NCBI GenBank assembly: GCA_965216325.1
Contig: OZ244160.1
Coordinates: 832,001-896,000 of the forward strand
Source: Coraliomargarita sp.
Lineage (GTDB): Bacteria > Verrucomicrobiota > Verrucomicrobiia > Opitutales > Coraliomargaritaceae
Length of the DNA stretch: 64,000 bases
Direction of reading: 5' to 3'
The notes beneath the pieces are model-generated. The model saw nothing but the letters and a program-made list of their open reading frames with translations, was not told the DNA's origin and ran no database searches. Each line of letters begins with the position of its first letter. Within the stretch, counting starts at the first letter, position 1. The translations under genes were made by a program, and so were the position numbers. Shown piece by piece: positions 11,532 to 20,699 of the stretch.

Positions 11532-11565
11532 AAAAAAACTCCGGCGATGATCACCGGAGTTTTTT
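11532..11565 (-). terminator. Intrinsic terminator after rpmB
   Basis: AAAAAAACTCCGG-CGATGATCA-CCGGAGTTTTTT. Confidence 0.8.
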
Positions 11566-11583
11566 GAAAGTCTGTGTCGGGGC

Positions 11584-11816
<233 letters not shown>

Positions 11817-11894
11817 GAAAGTTCCTTTGTTTTGGATGAAAGCGGTGCAAAGTAGGGTTTGAGGCGCTTCGATCAAGCCTTTTTCTTGAAAAAA

Positions 11895-12890
11895 TCAGCT
11901 TGTTTTCAGGCCCCATAATACTTGGAAACGACGCCCCATGTGGGCCGGATGGATCAATTCCATCAAAGTCTGGCGGTCTTCGCTGAAGCTCCAGGCTGCG
12001 CCACTCACGATGGTTTCGGCGGCCCGAGCGGCTCGCTGGACCAAGAAGGCCTCTTGGCTTTCGAGGGTCACGGAAGTCAGTCCGGCAGCCTCTAGTTGGG
12101 CCTTGAGGGGGTCCCAGCAGACGTCGCAGGTGATGTCTTTTTCGCCGGGCAGGGCAAGTAAGTCGTTTTCTTGTCGATGCTTATAGTAAGTTCGGGCAGT
12201 GCCGCTCGGGCAGTCCTCGGTCAGGGCCTTCCAAGTCTTTCCGTAGTCGAAAAACAGTAGTAGGCCGGTCCAGTCTTGGGCCAGCAGGTCGGCCATCGCG
12301 GCTTCGGCTTCGAGCGGCCAGTCGAGTTCGTAGCCATCCGGCACGAGTTCGGGTAGGCGATCGGCATTGGTGGCGACGGGCGCGCTCAGTTGATCGAGTA
12401 GGATCTCAGTCGGCTGGCCATCGTCGTCGAGGGTGACGCCACGCTCGCGCCAAGCGCCGTCCTTGAAAATCAGGCGGTGAAAGGGGAGTGCATCCAGCCA
12501 TTCGTTGGCAAACAGCACGACAGGGCCATTGACGACAATCGGCTCGCCTTGACGGATGACTGTGTTGTCGGTGAAGGGAGTGCCTTCCAGATTATCGAGC
12601 AGGGAGCGGCCTGGTTCGGCGGCGATTTCGACGAAGGTGCTCTGCGCAGCTACGTCCGTGCCCAGTAGATCTTCCGCGGCGGTGCTGACGAGCTGGGCGA
12701 AGACTTTGCCCAAACTTTCCGCAGTGTAGAAATCGCGTTCGGGGGAACGGCCGACGCGTTCGGTATCACGCGTGTAATAGCCGCAGCCCTCCGCATACAG
12801 CGCGAGTTGAATGTAGTCGCGATAGCTGATGGGACCGTTTGCGCAGTGCTCGCGTAGCTGGTCGATTACGTTTTCGTAGGCTCCTGTCAT
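11895..12890 (-). CDS. SAM-dependent methyltransferase, MidA/NDUFAF7 family
   Basis: ALY..GYY, DFYTA, ANEWLDALP, DYG, PGEKDIT, MGRRFQVL. Confidence 0.85.
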   Translation of the reverse strand: MTGAYENVIDQLREHCANGPISYRDYIQLALYAEGCGYYTRDTERVGRSPERDFYTAESLGKVFAQLVSTAAEDLLGTDVAAQSTFVEIAAEPGRSLLDNLEGTPFTDNTVIRQGEPIVVNGPVVLFANEWLDALPFHRLIFKDGAWRERGVTLDDDGQPTEILLDQLSAPVATNADRLPELVPDGYELDWPLEAEAAMADLLAQDWTGLLLFFDYGKTWKALTEDCPSGTARTYYKHRQENDLLALPGEKDITCDVCWDPLKAQLEAAGLTSVTLESQEAFLVQRAARAAETIVSGAAWSFSEDRQTLMELIHPAHMGRRFQVLWGLKTS

Positions 12891-12924
12891 TTACAAACGC
12901 CAACAAGTAGACACAGTCTCAGCC

Positions 12925-14178
12925 ATGCACAAGCGCACTTTCAAATGGGCCCTCATTGGTGGCACGTTGTCCTTTTGGGCGGCAATCATACTCTTCCAAC
13001 CGAGTGCCCGAGCGCTGTTCTCGTTTGAGTTCTGGCAAAATCTTGCCCGTTACAGTCGGGTCATGCGTCTCGTGGAGACTGAGTATGTGCATGCCGATGA
13101 CGTCAGTTATGAGGAGCTAACCAATGTGGCATTGCGCGAATCAGTGCGCTCGCTCGACAAGTATTCAGACTACATGATCCCCGAAGACTTTGAGACCTTC
13201 AACATGGCGTCGAATCAGGAGTATGTTGGGGTCGGCATCGAATTGACTGAATTTGGTGGGCAGGTGCGGATTACGCAGGTGTTCGATGGCGGAAGCGCTG
13301 AGGAAGCTGGCTTGTTGGCCGGCGACGTGATCGCCTCGGTAGATGGTGAGAGTGTTCGTGGTGAATCGCTGCCTGAAGTCTCCGAGCGTGTGCGGGGGGA
13401 ACCCGGCACGAGTGTGCTGCTTGAAATTGAGCGTATGGGGGAGGGCGCCCCATTGGCATTTGAGATGGAGCGCCGTGCAATTGCATTAGATGCCGTGGTG
13501 GATATCGAGATGAAAACGCCGACAGTGGGTTACTGCCTGCTTCGTCAATTCACGGAGAAGGCGGACATTGAACTTGCGGCTGCGATTTTGGAATTGGGGG
13601 CTCAGGGCATGCAGGCATTGATATTGGATCTGCGTGGAAATCCAGGTGGGCGTCTTGATTCGGCGGCATTGATTGCCGACCTCTTTTTAGAGCCGGGACA
13701 AACGATTGTGACGGTTGAGGCGCGCCGTGGTTTAGTTGAAACGGTTCAAACTGAACCCTCTCAAACCAATTTCAAGGGGCCGATGGCGATCCTAATTGAT
13801 GAAGAGAGCGCGAGTGCATCTGAGATTCTGGCGGGAGCTTGTCGAGATTATGGCCGCGCAATTTTGATCGGAGCACAAACATTCGGGAAGGGCTCGGTGC
13901 AGAGTGTCTTCCAGTTTCGCGGGGGGCATGGATTGAAGCTGACAACTGCACGTTACCTGTTGCCAGACGGCGAAGCGATCAATGGCACGGGCGTAGCTCC
14001 GGATGTGAATGTAGAGCTGAGTCGTGAGGACTCTTACGTGCGACTGCTGCAGCGGCATCATTTGCGCGAAATGGATGCGGTTGAGTTTGAGCGGCGTTTT
14101 GGTTTTGCGCCGATTGAGGATCAGCCGCTACAGCTTGCTCAGGAAATGCTTGAAGCAACGTTGTTGGGCAAACGCTAG
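12925..14178 (+). CDS. S41 family C-terminal processing peptidase
   Basis: PDZ GVGIEL, ILDLRGNPGG, SASASEI, TFGKGSVQ. Confidence 0.92.
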   Translation: MHKRTFKWALIGGTLSFWAAIILFQPSARALFSFEFWQNLARYSRVMRLVETEYVHADDVSYEELTNVALRESVRSLDKYSDYMIPEDFETFNMASNQEYVGVGIELTEFGGQVRITQVFDGGSAEEAGLLAGDVIASVDGESVRGESLPEVSERVRGEPGTSVLLEIERMGEGAPLAFEMERRAIALDAVVDIEMKTPTVGYCLLRQFTEKADIELAAAILELGAQGMQALILDLRGNPGGRLDSAALIADLFLEPGQTIVTVEARRGLVETVQTEPSQTNFKGPMAILIDEESASASEILAGACRDYGRAILIGAQTFGKGSVQSVFQFRGGHGLKLTTARYLLPDGEAINGTGVAPDVNVELSREDSYVRLLQRHHLREMDAVEFERRFGFAPIEDQPLQLAQEMLEATLLGKR

Positions 14179-14203
14179 GGGCTCCGCTTGCGGAGCCCGC
14201 AGT
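14176..14203. repeat. Single GTAG-family REP overlapping the peptidase stop codon
   Basis: TAGGGGCTCCGCTTGCGGAGCCCGCAGT. Confidence 0.75.
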
Positions 14204-14272
14204 GTGCTTGGCGGTTCAATTCGTAGACTTTTGCATCGCCATTCTAACTGCTAACTTCTCTCTTCTACAATT

Positions 14273-15307
14273 ATGCTACTTGCAATCGAAAGTTCCTGCG
14301 ACGAATCCGCACTTGCGCTGTTTGACCCTGCGCGGGGGATCGTTGGTGAGTGGGTGCACAGTCAAATCAGTTTGCACAAGGAATACGGCGGTGTGGTGCC
14401 GGACCTCGCCAGTCGCGAGCATCTGAAGAACTTTTTCCCTCTGCTGGAGGCGTCCGATGTGCTTCAGCATAAAGCGCAGATCAACGAAGTGGTCGTGACC
14501 AATGGTCCGGGCCTTGCGGGCTGCCTTGCGCTGGGCATCGCCTTTGCGAAAAGTATTGCTCTCGCATGGAAACTTCCAGTGCGCGGGGTGAACCATCTTC
14601 GCGGGCATGCGTATTCGCCGTTCATTAATCTGCATGCTGAGAATCCCGCAGGTTTTACGAAGGCGTTCCAAGGGCTGCTGCCGCACTTGGGACTGATTGT
14701 TTCGGGTGGTAATACGATTCTGTTTGAGATCGATGTAAACCAGCAGCTCACCGTGCTCGCAGAAACGGTCGACGATGCCGCCGGTGAAGCTTTGGACAAG
14801 GGCGCCAAGTTGCTGGGGCTGCCTTATCCTGGTGGGCCGCATGTCGAAAAGCTCGCCCAGTCGGGGAGTGCTGAGGCCTACGAATTTCCCAAGGCAATCG
14901 CGCCGCGTAACGAGCGCCGCTTCAGTTTTTCTGGTCTGAAGACTAGTCTCCGGTACCGTATGGAGAAGATGGACGACGCGGAACTGGACGCTGCCATGCC
15001 GGACATTTGCGCGTCGTATCAGGGCGCGGTAATTGCGCAACTGCGCGGCAAGACACGTCACCTGATTAACGATGGCAATTACCGCAGCCTCGGGCTGTCC
15101 GGAGGTGTGTCGAATAATAAGGCCTTACGTGCATCGATGCAGGATTTGGCGAAGCGTCATCGCTTGTCTTGTCTGATTGCGGAGCCAAAGCACACGGGGG
15201 ACAACGCTGCGATGATTGCCTTTGCAGCGTTTGCCGATCCATCTGGCACCGCGGCGGACTCTGCTGAGTCGCCACTCAGCATTCAACCTGCACTACGTTT
15301 AGCTTAA
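14273..15307 (+). CDS. tsaD: tRNA N6-threonylcarbamoyltransferase TsaD
   Basis: AIESSCDES, YGGVVPDLASREH, VNHLRGH, VSGG, DDAAGEALDK, FSFSGLKT, DNAAMIA. Confidence 0.95.
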   Translation: MLLAIESSCDESALALFDPARGIVGEWVHSQISLHKEYGGVVPDLASREHLKNFFPLLEASDVLQHKAQINEVVVTNGPGLAGCLALGIAFAKSIALAWKLPVRGVNHLRGHAYSPFINLHAENPAGFTKAFQGLLPHLGLIVSGGNTILFEIDVNQQLTVLAETVDDAAGEALDKGAKLLGLPYPGGPHVEKLAQSGSAEAYEFPKAIAPRNERRFSFSGLKTSLRYRMEKMDDAELDAAMPDICASYQGAVIAQLRGKTRHLINDGNYRSLGLSGGVSNNKALRASMQDLAKRHRLSCLIAEPKHTGDNAAMIAFAAFADPSGTAADSAESPLSIQPALRLA

Positions 15308-15738
15308 TGAACTGTCCTTGTCAGAGTGGGGCGCTTTACGCTGATTGCTGCGAGCCCTTTGTGAACCAAAAAGCCAAGGCCTCAACGGCCGAGGCGCTGA
15401 TGCGCTCGCGTTTTTCGGCCTATGTGGTCGGTGCGATCGATTATCTGGTCGCGACCACCTTGCCCGCGTCGCGCACAGCTCATCTACGCGCTGGCTATCA
15501 ATCAACCCATGATGAAATCGAGTGGTTGGGACTCGAAGTGCTGTCTACTTGGAGAGGTGGCGAGTTGGATAAAGTCGGCAAAGTGGAATTTCGTGCCACG
15601 TATCTGCAGCAGGGGCAAGCCGCGGAGCACCATGAGTTGTCCCGTTTTCGCAAGCGCGGCGGTGAATGGTTCTACGTCGATGGCGAAGTTGAGGACCGAA
15701 TGAAGTCGCACAGGCGTCCCGCCTGTCTCGCAAATTAA
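15307..15738 (+). CDS. ychJ: YchJ family SEC-C motif protein
   Basis: CPCQSG..YADCC, AEALMRSRFSAY, HHELSRF, WFYVDG. Confidence 0.9.
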   Translation: MNCPCQSGALYADCCEPFVNQKAKASTAEALMRSRFSAYVVGAIDYLVATTLPASRTAHLRAGYQSTHDEIEWLGLEVLSTWRGGELDKVGKVEFRATYLQQGQAAEHHELSRFRKRGGEWFYVDGEVEDRMKSHRRPACLAN

Positions 15739-15765
15739 ATGAAACAGGCAAGATGCCTGTTTTAC
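15705..15765. repeat. REP-like doublet overlapping the ychJ 3' end
   Basis: GTCGCACAGGCGTCCCGCCTGT...GAAACAGGCAAGATGCCTGTTTTAC; right arm nearly identical to 3537-3562. Confidence 0.65.
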
Positions 15766-15768
15766 ATC

Positions 15769-15799
15769 AAAAAAGAGCGCTCGTTGCGGAGCGCTCTTT
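15769..15799. terminator. Probable bidirectional terminator between ychJ and clpP
   Basis: AAAAAAGAGCGCTC-GTTGCG-GAGCGCTCTTT. Confidence 0.75.
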
Positions 15800-15823
15800 G
15801 GAAAGTATCTGGATGATGCCGGT

Positions 15824-16405
15824 CTAGATCTTGTCGATGATGCCGTCGGCCAGACCGTATTCGATGGCTTCGTCCGCAGTCATGTAGAAGTCGCGGTCGG
15901 TGTCTTGCTCGATGCGCTCGAGAGGTTGGCCGGAAGTCTTCGCCAAGATCGCGTTGAGCTCGTCGCGCAGGCGCTCCATTTCCTTGGCTTGGATATGGAT
16001 GTCGACCGCAACGGCGACCATCTGACCAGAGATCAGTGGTTGGTGGATCAATACGCGGCTGTGCGGGTAGAGGAAACGCTTCCCCTTGCTTGCACCGCAG
16101 AGCAGGATGGATCCCATACTGGCCGCCATACCGGTGACGACCACTTTGATCGGAGAGCTGATCAGCTGCATGGTGTCGTAGACCGCCATGCCCGCGGTAA
16201 TCGATCCGCCCGGTGTGTTGATGTAGAAAGTGATTTCTTTACCTGGCGCGTCTGCTTCCAGATAGAGGAGCTTCTCGGTGATGTCCTTGGCGGACTTATC
16301 GCTGACCTCGCCCCAAAGGAAGATTTTGCGATCTTTCAGGAAGCTCTCCTGAATTTTGGCGCCTGCAGGTTGTTCGGAATCTTTTTTCTTTTTGTCGTCG
16401 GCCAT
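15824..16405 (-). CDS. clpP: ATP-dependent Clp protease proteolytic subunit
   Basis: YINTPGGS, AASMGS, IHQP, DTDRDFYMTA. Confidence 0.95.
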   Translation of the reverse strand: MADDKKKKDSEQPAGAKIQESFLKDRKIFLWGEVSDKSAKDITEKLLYLEADAPGKEITFYINTPGGSITAGMAVYDTMQLISSPIKVVVTGMAASMGSILLCGASKGKRFLYPHSRVLIHQPLISGQMVAVAVDIHIQAKEMERLRDELNAILAKTSGQPLERIEQDTDRDFYMTADEAIEYGLADGIIDKI

Positions 16406-16476
16406 TAGTTGAACGGGGTGTTTGTTTGAAAGGAATAGAAGAGCAGGAGCCGGCTTAGTTTCAAGCCGCGACTCAA

Positions 16477-16920
16477 TTAAGCTTCGATTTTCTCGATGCG
16501 GCGCTGGTGGCGTCCGCCTTCGAATTCAGCGTCGAGCCAAATGGATACAATCTTGAGTGCAAGCTCCTCAGAGACTGGACGTGCACCGATAGAGATGCAG
16601 TTGGCGTTGTTGTGCTCTTTGGTCATTTGCGCGGACCACTCATCCCAGCATAGGCCACAGCGTACGCCTTTGACCTTGTTGGCGACGATTGCTTCGCCAT
16701 TACCGCTGCCACCGAGTACGATGCCGTAGTCGGCTTTGCCTTTGGCGACCGCCTCCGCTGCAGGGCGGATGAAATCCGGATAATCGCAGGATTCGTCGCT
16801 GTCGCAGCCGAAATCAAGGACTTCGCAGCCGCGCTCGCGCAGTAAATTGATGATTGGGGCCTTTAGTGGGAAGCCCGCATGGTCAGTGCCGATGGATACA
16901 GTGAGGGTCTTTGTGCTCAT
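16477..16920 (-). CDS. rpiB: Ribose-5-phosphate isomerase B
   Basis: GTDHAG, DYPD, ANKVKGVR, HNNAN, FEGGRHQRR; ATG at 16920. Confidence 0.92.
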   Translation of the reverse strand: MSTKTLTVSIGTDHAGFPLKAPIINLLRERGCEVLDFGCDSDESCDYPDFIRPAAEAVAKGKADYGIVLGGSGNGEAIVANKVKGVRCGLCWDEWSAQMTKEHNNANCISIGARPVSEELALKIVSIWLDAEFEGGRHQRRIEKIEA

Positions 16921-17060
16921 AGAAAGCAAGAAACAAAGGCCGCTCAAGGGCCTAGTGCAATACGCAAACCAAGGAAATTTCTTCGGAAAAAGGGCTTGCC
17001 CTAGAGACGGAAGCGCCTACTTTCACGCGCTTTTCCAATTTATCTGAGAAAGTTTTTATT

Positions 17061-17237
17061 ATGCCAAGAGAGCACGTAATCATTGAATGCACCGAAGCCC
17101 GCGCAGAAGGCAAGCCGGTGTCCCGCTACATGACCACTCGCGACAAGAAGGCACAGCCTGACCGCATCGAGAAGAAGAAGTATAACAAGTTCCTTCGCCG
17201 TCACACGCTGCACCGCGAGCTCAAGAGCTCCAAGTAA
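17061..17237 (+). CDS. rpmG: 50S ribosomal protein L33
   Basis: Read by hand (58 aa, below the ORF-track size): [58 protein letters not shown]. Confidence 0.93.
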   Translation: MPREHVIIECTEARAEGKPVSRYMTTRDKKAQPDRIEKKKYNKFLRRHTLHRELKSSK

Positions 17238-17254
17238 GCGCGATATAGAATTTC

Positions 17255-17290
17255 AAAAAGCCCGCACTCGAACGAGCGCGGGCTTTTTTT
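17255..17290 (+). terminator. Intrinsic terminator after rpmG
   Basis: AAAAAGCCCGC...GCGGGCTTTTTTT. Confidence 0.85.
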
Positions 17291-17429
17291 GTGTTCAGCT
17301 GAATGGAAGCGACTTCAAAACCGCCTAAAGGCGGGACCCCAACCTCACGAACCGTCTGAGCTGAAATTATTTTGCCAATAATTGTTCTGCCCAGTTTACG
17401 TATGATCGCTCTCTGCTCGAAAATTAACT

Positions 17430-17849
17430 TTAACTATCCGCTTCGTAGCGTCCACCGTAGCCGGGTTCGTAGAGGCGCAGCCCGAGATGTTGGGCCATTA
17501 TGCTAAAATGCTTGTCGTTGGCATAAGCTCGGCAATCCAGATCGATAGCCAGCGTCGCGATGAGAATATCGTTCCAAGGTAGCGTATGTCCTTGGTCGCG
17601 TAGCTTCCAAGCGTTGAGCTTCGCTGCTTTCCAGTGTTTTTCTTCGACGGATCGATAGGGGATACATTCGAAGTAAAACTCCAACCGCTTGCGGTCTTCC
17701 TTCCGTGCACCGCCCATGAATTCGAGCTTCACTGGGCTACACCAGCAGGCTTCGTATTCTTCCAGCAAGTTTTCGAGTCCAACCTTGTAGGCCAGGTCGC
17801 CATTACGACGACTGGCCTCGATCCAAACCGAAGTGTCAACGATGACCAT
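17430..17849 (-). CDS. vapC: VapC-like PIN domain toxin
   Basis: VDTSVWI, VKLE, DILIA, DKHF. Confidence 0.88.
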   Translation of the reverse strand: MVIVDTSVWIEASRRNGDLAYKVGLENLLEEYEACWCSPVKLEFMGGARKEDRKRLEFYFECIPYRSVEEKHWKAAKLNAWKLRDQGHTLPWNDILIATLAIDLDCRAYANDKHFSIMAQHLGLRLYEPGYGGRYEADS

Positions 17850-18052
17850 TAGCTATTGCCAGCTTCGATCGCGTCGTTGGTGGCAGGGTAGTCAAATGCA
17901 CCTTCGCGTAATAAAGTGCCGAACTCTTTGGCTTTCTTGCGATTAACGAATTCGGTGACCGCTTTGGCGACTGCAGGGCTCTTTTTAGACTCACCCGTAA
18001 TGCGCGCCAAGTCTTTCAATATCGCTTCATCGATATCTACAGTGATTCTCAT
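17849..18052 (-). CDS. vapB: VapB-like antitoxin
   Basis: MRITVDIDEAIL...KSPAVAKAV (ribbon-helix-helix like); stop overlaps the PIN gene start. Confidence 0.82.
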   Translation of the reverse strand: MRITVDIDEAILKDLARITGESKKSPAVAKAVTEFVNRKKAKEFGTLLREGAFDYPATNDAIEAGNS

Positions 18053-18112
18053 TGAGTATAAAATGACTCAATTTGATGATTTTTCAAGTTGGTTTTGATG
18101 ACTTTTGCAGGT

Positions 18113-19549
18113 CTAGGCCTGCTCCAAGTCGAAGCCGTCTTTTTTGTCTTTAACGACCCAGCCTTGGGCGAGGAGGGCGTCGCGGAGTTCGTCGGCTTTG
18201 CCCCAGTCCTTGGCTTGCTTGGCTTCCCAGCGCTGTTGGGCGAGGGCGACAATTTCCTCCGGTGCATCGACTGCGGCTGCTTCAACGGTGAAGAGCTCCA
18301 AGCCGAGCGCGTAGAGGAGGCTGCCGAAAGCTTTGAGCATGTCGCGAGCGGAATCCGCGTCGAGTGATGCGGCTGGGTTGGAGCCGATCACGCCGAAGAT
18401 GGCGCCGAGGCAGGCTGCGGTGTTCAGATTGTTGCGCAGCGCATCCCAAGCCTTGCTGAAGCGACCGAAGTCTTCGGGTGCTTTCTTAGTAATGTAGTTC
18501 GCGAGTGCGGACTTGTCTTCACCGGTCTTGGCGAGCAGGGACTCGGCGAAGCGCTCGAGCTTTTGCAGGGCACTGGTGGAGGCGTGCAGGCCATCGAAGG
18601 TAAAGTTGAGCTGCTGGCGGTAGCTACCAGCGATCAAGGTGTAGCGCACAACCATTGGGTTGAAACCCTTTTCCTGCAGGTCGTTGAGCGTGTAAAGATT
18701 GCCGAGGCTCTTGGACATCTTGGCGCCTTCCACCATAAGGTGGGCGCTGTGGAACCAGTGTTTGCACAGGCATTTACCATGCGCGCATTCGGATTGTGCG
18801 ATCTCGTTCTCGTGGTGCGGGAAGCAGAGGTCGACACCGCCGCCGTGGAGTTCGATGGTCTCACCGTCAAATGCAGCGTCGATCATGGCCGAGCACTCCA
18901 AGTGCCAACCTGGACGGCCTTCGCCCCATGGGCTCTTCCAGTAGTTGTCGCCATCTTCCGGCTTGCGGCCCTTCCAGAGCGCAAAATCGGTCACGGACTC
19001 GCGGTCATACTCGTCGGCGTCGTTGACTTCGCCGGCTGAGTTTTCGGTCTGTGTTTTGAGCTCGCGCTGCTTGAGCTTGGAGAGGCTGCCGTAGTCGTCG
19101 TAGGAACTAACGCGGAAGTAAACCGAGCCGTCCTCAGTCGCGTAGGCGTGACCTTTCTCGACCAGTTTTTCGACCAGTGCAATTTGCTGAGGGATGTGTG
19201 CAACCGCACTCGGCTCCACGCTTGGTGGCAACATGTTGAGCGCGTCGCAGTCCGCGTGGAATTTCTCCGTCCACTTCGCGGTAAATTCGCCCAGCGACAG
19301 GCCTTCCTCCATCGAGCGGCGGATGGTCTTGTCGTCCACATCGGTGATGTTGCGGACGTGCTTTACCGGAGTGCCGTCCACTTCAAGCACACGGCGCAGT
19401 GTATCCTGAATCAGGAAGGTGCGGAAGTTGCCGATGTGCGCAGGACCATACACTGTCGGTCCACAACAGTAGAAACGTAGTGGCTTCTCGCTCTCGTTGG
19501 AGAGCTGCTTTACGGATCGGCTGTGTGTGTCGTAGAGTTGGACGGACAT
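18113..19549 (-). CDS. cysS: Cysteinyl-tRNA synthetase
   Basis: CGPTVY, HIGN, DFALWK, GRPGWHLECS, FPHHENE, KMSKS. Confidence 0.97.
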   Translation of the reverse strand: MSVQLYDTHSRSVKQLSNESEKPLRFYCCGPTVYGPAHIGNFRTFLIQDTLRRVLEVDGTPVKHVRNITDVDDKTIRRSMEEGLSLGEFTAKWTEKFHADCDALNMLPPSVEPSAVAHIPQQIALVEKLVEKGHAYATEDGSVYFRVSSYDDYGSLSKLKQRELKTQTENSAGEVNDADEYDRESVTDFALWKGRKPEDGDNYWKSPWGEGRPGWHLECSAMIDAAFDGETIELHGGGVDLCFPHHENEIAQSECAHGKCLCKHWFHSAHLMVEGAKMSKSLGNLYTLNDLQEKGFNPMVVRYTLIAGSYRQQLNFTFDGLHASTSALQKLERFAESLLAKTGEDKSALANYITKKAPEDFGRFSKAWDALRNNLNTAACLGAIFGVIGSNPAASLDADSARDMLKAFGSLLYALGLELFTVEAAAVDAPEEIVALAQQRWEAKQAKDWGKADELRDALLAQGWVVKDKKDGFDLEQA

Positions 19550-19558
19550 TTTTTTAGA

Positions 19559-19590
19559 GAAGTTAGAAGGCAGAAGTTAGGAGTTAGAAG
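19559..19590. repeat. Single heptamer arm upstream of cysS
   Basis: GAAGTTA GAAGGCA GAAGTTA GGAGTTA GAAG. Confidence 0.75.
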
Positions 19591-19612
19591 CTGCTTCTAC
19601 GGTTAAATCGAA

Positions 19613-20554
19613 TTACTTACTGTTGAGTTCGACGAGCTTCGCCATGATTGCCTTTTGAGCATGTAGGCGGTTTTCGGCTTCGTCAAAAATGATGCTTTTC
19701 GGGCTGTCGAGCACTTCTTGGCTGACTTCTTCACCCGCGTGCGCAGGTAGGCAGTGCATGAAGTAGGCCTCCGGCTTCGCGAGGGCCATGAGTTCGGCGC
19801 TCACTTGATACGGTGCCATCTCCTTCAGGCGTTGCTCGGCTTCGGCTTCGTCGCCCATGGAGACCCAGACGTCGGTGTAGATCACGTCGGCGTCTTTGAC
19901 CGCTTCTTTTGGATCGACGGTGTAGGTGTAGGTGACCGGCAGGTCATCGGCCTTGAGTGCATCGACCACGGATTGCTTTGGTTCGTAGCCCTCTGGACCA
20001 GAGACGGCGATTTCCATACCGAACATTGCTGCAGTCAGAATCCAGGAGTTGGCCATGTTGCAGGCGCTGTCACCGAGGAATGCGACCTTCTTGCCCTCCA
20101 GCGTATTGATGTCAACTGCTTCCGGTGAGTAGCGCTCGAGGAGGGTGAAGATGTCGGTGTAAAGCTGGCAGGGGTGGTTGAAGTCGGTCAGGCCGTTGAT
20201 GATCGGCATGGTTGCATGCTTTGCGAACTCTTCGACGACTTCGTGCTCATAGGCCCGAATTACCAAGCCGTGCAGGTAGCGTGAGAGCACCTTGGAAGTA
20301 TCTTCCACAGTTTCGCCTCGGCCGATCTGGGTGTTTTGGGAATTGAGCACGATGGGGAATCCGCCGAGCTCGTTAACGCCAACTTCGAAGGAAACCCGTG
20401 TCCGTGTGCTGCTCTTGTAGAAGAGCAGGCCCCATGATTGCATGTTGAGGGCTGCCGGGCAGTTGAGCCGGTTATCTTTGAAGCTCTTGGCGAGCGAGAA
20501 CACTTCTTGCGCTTGTTCGAGCGTGAAGTCAGTGACTTTGAGGAAATGGTTCAT
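19613..20554 (-). CDS. argF: Ornithine carbamoyltransferase
   Basis: SSTRTR, HPCQ, YTDVWVSMG, HCLPA, AENRLH; ATG at 20554. Confidence 0.95.
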   Translation of the reverse strand: MNHFLKVTDFTLEQAQEVFSLAKSFKDNRLNCPAALNMQSWGLLFYKSSTRTRVSFEVGVNELGGFPIVLNSQNTQIGRGETVEDTSKVLSRYLHGLVIRAYEHEVVEEFAKHATMPIINGLTDFNHPCQLYTDIFTLLERYSPEAVDINTLEGKKVAFLGDSACNMANSWILTAAMFGMEIAVSGPEGYEPKQSVVDALKADDLPVTYTYTVDPKEAVKDADVIYTDVWVSMGDEAEAEQRLKEMAPYQVSAELMALAKPEAYFMHCLPAHAGEEVSQEVLDSPKSIIFDEAENRLHAQKAIMAKLVELNSK

Positions 20555-20556
20555 TG

Positions 20557-20592
20557 TTCGAGATACGTGATACGTGATACGTGATTCGAGAT
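20557..20592. repeat. Heptamer arm abutting the argF start codon
   Basis: TCGAGAT ACGTGAT ACGTGAT ACGTGAT TCGAGAT. Confidence 0.8.
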
Positions 20593-20618
20593 GTGGGGTT
20601 TGAAAATGGAATGAGTTC

Positions 20619-20693
20619 AACCACGGATAGACGCGGATAGACACGGATGTGCTGCGTTAGGTGATCTGTGTGAATCTGTGTTCATCGGTGGTT
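20619..20693. repeat. Palindrome built from 9-bp tandem units
   Basis: AACCACGGAT AGACGCGGAT AGACACGGAT ... ATCTGTGTG AATCTGTGT TCATCGGTGGTT. Confidence 0.8.
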
Positions 20694-20699
20694 ACTTAC

